A stretch of 63,652 bases of DNA, filler included, from Eubacteriales bacterium (lineage in GTDB: Bacteria; Bacillota; Clostridia; Oscillospirales; CAG-382): NCBI GenBank assembly GCA_045636665.1. It is 8 parts of 8 records of this genome, joined end to end, with 100 filler letters (N's around TTAATTAATTAA, not from the genome) between each part and the next. Parts side by side here need not be neighbours in the genome. Positions count along the whole stretch, not along the records: positions 59,312 to 63,652 come from JAZTXY010000015.1; 7 more parts are not named here. One strand, given 5' to 3'. Both the position numbers and the translations under genes were made by a program. Position 1 is the first letter of the stretch. Each line of letters starts with the position of its first letter. Below are positions 60,125-63,652 of the stretch, piece by piece. Below the pieces are notes generated by a model. It saw only the letters and a list, made by a program, of their open reading frames with translations, ran no database searches and had not been told where the DNA came from.

Positions 60125-61216
60125 TTATATGTATTTTTTAATAATAGCTTCAAACTCGTCGCGTCTTGCTTCCATATCCTGAACAAGCTTCATCTGAGTT
60201 CTTGCTCTGTCAAGGTTCTGACCTGCGTAATGAGTACGGAAATAGGTATCGCCTTCGAGATAGTCGGTAAGGAAACGCATACCGCATTCAAGAGTCATCA
60301 TAATAGCGCCGTCGTGGAGAAGCTTAACTTCTTCATCGGTGATGCTCGACTTCATTTCGGAAAGGAAGCCGCTAACGTATTCCTCGTAAAGTGCGGGTAC
60401 GCAGTAAACCTTATCAAGGTCCTTTTCGTCTTCCGTAGCGCTCGAAGCACCGAAACGGATGCTGTCGCCGAAGTCGTAAAGCATACTGCCGGGCATAACT
60501 GTGTCAAGGTCGATAACGCAAATACCGCTGCCGGTTGCATCGTCGATCATTACGTTGTTAAGCTTGGTGTCGTTATGAGTAACACGGGTGGGAAGTCTGC
60601 CGTCTGCAAGGCGCGATGTGATGGTGGGGCAGTAGTCCTTCTTCGAAAGGTAGAATTCGATTTCGGGAGCGCATTCGTCCTTTCTGCCTGCCTTGTTTTC
60701 GCTCAGAGCCTTTTCGAAGTTCTTGAATCTTACGGGAGTGTTGTGGAAATCCTTAATGGTTTCCGAAAGAGTCTTTGCATCGAATTCAGCCAAAAGGTTT
60801 TGGAATCTGCCGAACGCCTTTGCCGATTCGCCGAACATACCTGCTTTTTCAGCCTTGTTGTAGCAGGTAGCGTCGGTAATGAACAAATACATTCTGTAAA
60901 GACCGCTTTCGTCTTCAAAGGTGTATTTGCCGTCTAACGTCTTAACAAGAGTAAGAGTTTCTCTGTCGGGGTCGCCGCCTGCGGCGATAATCTTTTCGCG
61001 CAAGAATTCGGTAACCGACGAAATGTTGCCGATAAGACCGACGGGATCGCGGAAAATGTTGGTGTTAATGCGCTGAAGAATGTAATTTCTTCCGTTAACC
61101 TTAACTCTGTCGGTAACGTTGATGTGACCGTTGGGGATGTTTTCGATTTCTTCGATAACCGCATCCTTAATAAATGCGGCACAAACGTTTTCTAAAATTT
61201 TCTTCTTTACTTCCAT
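60125..61216 (-). CDS. N-acetylhexosamine 1-kinase-like phosphotransferase (APH fold)
   Basis: GHINVT, ILQRIN, FHNTP, HNDTKLNN, DLDTVMPG, DFGD and RFLTDYLEGD. Confidence 0.82.
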   Translation of the reverse strand: MEVKKKILENVCAAFIKDAVIEEIENIPNGHINVTDRVKVNGRNYILQRINTNIFRDPVGLIGNISSVTEFLREKIIAAGGDPDRETLTLVKTLDGKYTFEDESGLYRMYLFITDATCYNKAEKAGMFGESAKAFGRFQNLLAEFDAKTLSETIKDFHNTPVRFKNFEKALSENKAGRKDECAPEIEFYLSKKDYCPTITSRLADGRLPTRVTHNDTKLNNVMIDDATGSGICVIDLDTVMPGSMLYDFGDSIRFGASSATEDEKDLDKVYCVPALYEEYVSGFLSEMKSSITDEEVKLLHDGAIMMTLECGMRFLTDYLEGDTYFRTHYAGQNLDRARTQMKLVQDMEARRDEFEAIIKKYI

Positions 61217-62100
61217 AACTTTTTGGGGTAAACTCCGTCCTCAATAGATTTTTTGATATAGTCAACTACTGCTTGTCTGTCTTCCTTATAAGTAACGCCG
61301 TACCACTTAGCACCGGTCTTAAGAACCTTTGCCTTCTTGCCGTTAGCTTCAAGATATTTAACGATAGCGGTGGGGAGGTAGAATTCCTTCTTCATTTCAT
61401 CGCCGCCGTTGTTAAGGAACTTAATAAATTCGTCCATAGCAACACCGAAGAAATCAGCGGGGATGCCCCAGCAGTTCATCGAAACGATAGCGTTTTCGTC
61501 AATGTCGTGCCAAACGTCGTCTTCAAGATAAGCGGTCTGACCGTTTTCAAGACGCATAATCTTGGTGCGTTCGGTAATGTCAACAAGCACTCCGTTTTCA
61601 TCAACGGTGCAATGACCTCTTGCAACGGTACCGTTTTCGGTTAAGGTGTTCTTAAGAACAAAGCCTGCCATGCAAGTGGGGGAGTCGGGATTTTCCTTCA
61701 TATACTTAGCGATGATTTCAAAGCTTTCTCTGCCATAAAAGTCATCGGCGTTAACAGCGGCGAACGGACCCTTGATAACGTCGCGTGCCGCAAGCACTGC
61801 GTGGCCGGTACCCCATTGCTTAGCGCGTCCTTCGGGAACCTTATATCCCTCGGGCATATCGTCAAGACGTTGGAAGCAATATTCGGTCTTGCAAGTAGTG
61901 CCGATTCTGTTGCCAACGGTTTCCTTGAAAATCTCAAGGTTTTCTTCCTTTATAATAAATACAACGTTGTCAAACCCTGCCTGCAATGCATCGTACACGG
62001 TGTAGTCAAGAATAAATTCACCGTTAGGTCCAACAGGGTCAAGCTGCTTCAAGCCGCCGTATCTGCTGCCCATGCCGGCAGCCATAACCAATAATGTCAT
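61207..62100 (-). CDS. Sugar-phosphate nucleotidyltransferase
   Basis: MAAGMGSRYGGLKQ, WGTGHA, NADDFYG and WYGVTY. Confidence 0.9.
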   Translation of the reverse strand: MTLLVMAAGMGSRYGGLKQLDPVGPNGEFILDYTVYDALQAGFDNVVFIIKEENLEIFKETVGNRIGTTCKTEYCFQRLDDMPEGYKVPEGRAKQWGTGHAVLAARDVIKGPFAAVNADDFYGRESFEIIAKYMKENPDSPTCMAGFVLKNTLTENGTVARGHCTVDENGVLVDITERTKIMRLENGQTAYLEDDVWHDIDENAIVSMNCWGIPADFFGVAMDEFIKFLNNGGDEMKKEFYLPTAIVKYLEANGKKAKVLKTGAKWYGVTYKEDRQAVVDYIKKSIEDGVYPKKLWK

Positions 62101-62180
62101 AAAATAACCTCCGTTATTAATATCTACCGACTATACTACAACAAAAATTCACATTTGTAAAGCGATAAAGCAAAAAAATA

Positions 62181-62209
62181 TTGACTTTTCTTTCATATCA
62201 TCATATAAT
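62181..62209 (+). promoter_or_regulatory. Sigma-A promoter
   Basis: TTGACT-N17-TATAAT. Confidence 0.7.
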
Positions 62210-62244
62210 ATCAAAAAATATTTAAAAAGCAGGAGTGCTATATA

Positions 62245-63486
62245 ATGGAAAATGTAAGAAAAATTAAGATCGGCGTCATTGGTCTCGGTGCGCGCGGACT
62301 TCCTCTTGTTTACGGTTGCTTCCTTCCGATGTGGGAAAACGGCCTTGTTGAAATTACCGCTGTTTGCGATTATTATCAAGACCGCGCCGAAAAGGGTGCC
62401 CAAACGGTTGAAGAAAGAACCGGAACCCGTCCCTTCTGTACCACCAATTGGAAAGAGGTTGTCGACCATCCCGAGGTTGAAGCTGTTTTGGTACTCACCG
62501 CGTGGGAATCGCATATCGAAATGTGCATCTACGCAATGAAGGCAGGCAAGCCCGTCGGTACCGAAGTTGGCGGCGCTTACAATATCGAAGATTGCTTCCG
62601 TCTTATCAGAACCTATGAAGAAACCGGCATCCATTGTATGATGCTTGAAAACTGCTGCTACGGCAGACGTGAGCTTATGGCTCTCAATATGGCTCGCAAG
62701 GGCTTGTTCGGCAAAGTCGTTCACTGCTCGGGCGGTTATATGCACGATCTTCGCGAAGAAATCGTTAACGGCGACATCAACCGTCACTACCGTCAACGCA
62801 ACTATATGCTTCGCAACTGCGAAAACTATCCCACCCACGAGCTCGGACCTATTATGCAGGTTCTCGATATCAACCACGGTAACCGCTTCGTTACTCTTAA
62901 TTCGATCGCATCCGCTTCCGTCGGCTTGCACGAATATGCGGTTGAACACCGTCCCGACGATCCTATCGCAAAAGCAAACTTCAATCAAGGCGATATCGTA
63001 ACCACCGTTCTTAAGTGCGCTGACGGCAGAACCGCTGTTATCACTCTCGATACCTCGCTTCCCAGAATTTACTCCCGCGGCTTTACCGTTCGCGGAACAA
63101 AGGGTATGTACTGCGCAGGCGGCGACTATGTACATCTCGACGGTGAAAGCGAATTCGATACCGTTGCTACCAAATTGAACTGCGCTGAAAAATACGAAGA
63201 AGAATATGAGCATCCCATCTGGAAGGAATACCGCAAGAATCCTATCGGCGGACACGACGGTATCGACTGGCTCGTATATAACGCGTTTATCGAATCGGTA
63301 AGAGAAGGCTTCACTCCTCCCATCGATACTTACGATACTGCAACTCTTATGTGCATCTCCTGCCTGTCCGAACAATCCATCGCTATGGGCGGCGCACCTG
63401 TTGCTATTCCCGACTTTACCTCCGGCAGATGGGTAGAATGTCTTGAAAAGCCCGAAGAGTTTAAGGGAACCTACGCGTTAAGATAA
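62245..63486 (+). CDS. Gfo/Idh/MocA family, GH109-like NAD+-dependent N-acetylgalactosaminidase
   Basis: IGLGARG, EVGG, MMLENCCY, YPTH, GGHDG and PDFTSG.W. Confidence 0.8.
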   Translation: MENVRKIKIGVIGLGARGLPLVYGCFLPMWENGLVEITAVCDYYQDRAEKGAQTVEERTGTRPFCTTNWKEVVDHPEVEAVLVLTAWESHIEMCIYAMKAGKPVGTEVGGAYNIEDCFRLIRTYEETGIHCMMLENCCYGRRELMALNMARKGLFGKVVHCSGGYMHDLREEIVNGDINRHYRQRNYMLRNCENYPTHELGPIMQVLDINHGNRFVTLNSIASASVGLHEYAVEHRPDDPIAKANFNQGDIVTTVLKCADGRTAVITLDTSLPRIYSRGFTVRGTKGMYCAGGDYVHLDGESEFDTVATKLNCAEKYEEEYEHPIWKEYRKNPIGGHDGIDWLVYNAFIESVREGFTPPIDTYDTATLMCISCLSEQSIAMGGAPVAIPDFTSGRWVECLEKPEEFKGTYALR

Positions 63487-63555
63487 AAATAACGTAAAAT
63501 TTAAGCTTTTTCGCGCAACCCAAAAGAAACATAAGAGGAGCGAAAAAAGTTAAAG

Positions 63556-63588
63556 CCCGAAACCCCTTGCGGTAGAAGGGGTTTCGGG
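63556..63588. repeat. Perfect 13-bp-stem hairpin, possible terminator
   Basis: CCCGAAACCCCTT-N7-AAGGGGTTTCGGG. Confidence 0.7.
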
Positions 63589-63599
63589 TATTTTGAAAA

Positions 63600-63652
63600 C
63601 TTTTTTGAAAAAAATTAAAAAAAGTTGAAAAAAGGTATTGACAAAGGGAAAA
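63600..63652 (+). promoter_or_regulatory. Partial strong promoter (A/T-tract UP region plus TTGACA), stable-RNA-operon-like
   Basis: Consecutive T and A tracts followed by TATTGACA; the -10 element lies beyond the window. Confidence 0.5.

Noticed and set aside
60125..61216. Aminoglycoside resistance gene
   Set aside because: The APH fold is shared, but the motifs and the coupling to a nucleotidyltransferase fit a sugar 1-kinase.

Overview
The window is not continuous chromosome. It is eight assembly contigs joined by 100-bp linkers (N44-TTAATTAATTAA-N44), so gene neighbourhood only means something within a contig. Gene content, sigma-A promoters and a T-box leader point to a Clostridia-type Firmicute, probably a gut metagenome-assembled genome (inference). 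Untrimmed MGI/DNBSEQ adapters are assembled into two contig ends (1-30 and 14637-14678). Housekeeping genes include hflX, lepA, hemW, typA, murC, rpmB, coaE, tsaC and metA. There are two complete ABC importer operons (BMP/nucleoside and Opp), a membrane pyrophosphatase, a long-clade PFK, a BlaI/M56 pair with a visible double operator, and several HexNAc/host-glycan enzymes (GH123-like, GH109-like, NahK-like kinase with nucleotidyltransferase, SASA esterase, GHL10). I found no CRISPR array, rRNA, tRNA, transposase or phage gene. The best candidate for an undescribed system is a four-gene operon at 39623-43439: ECF sigma, membrane anti-sigma, Ig-domain lipoprotein serpin and a lipoprotein of unknown function. 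The serpin has a predicted acidic P1 followed by Cys or Glu. Other leads are a long 5'-UTR hairpin before hppA, a structured leader before the Na/Pi transporter, insertions in OppC and OppF, a tandem pair of propeller-like paralogues, and nested REP-like palindromes. All family calls come from recognising motifs by eye; no searches were run.
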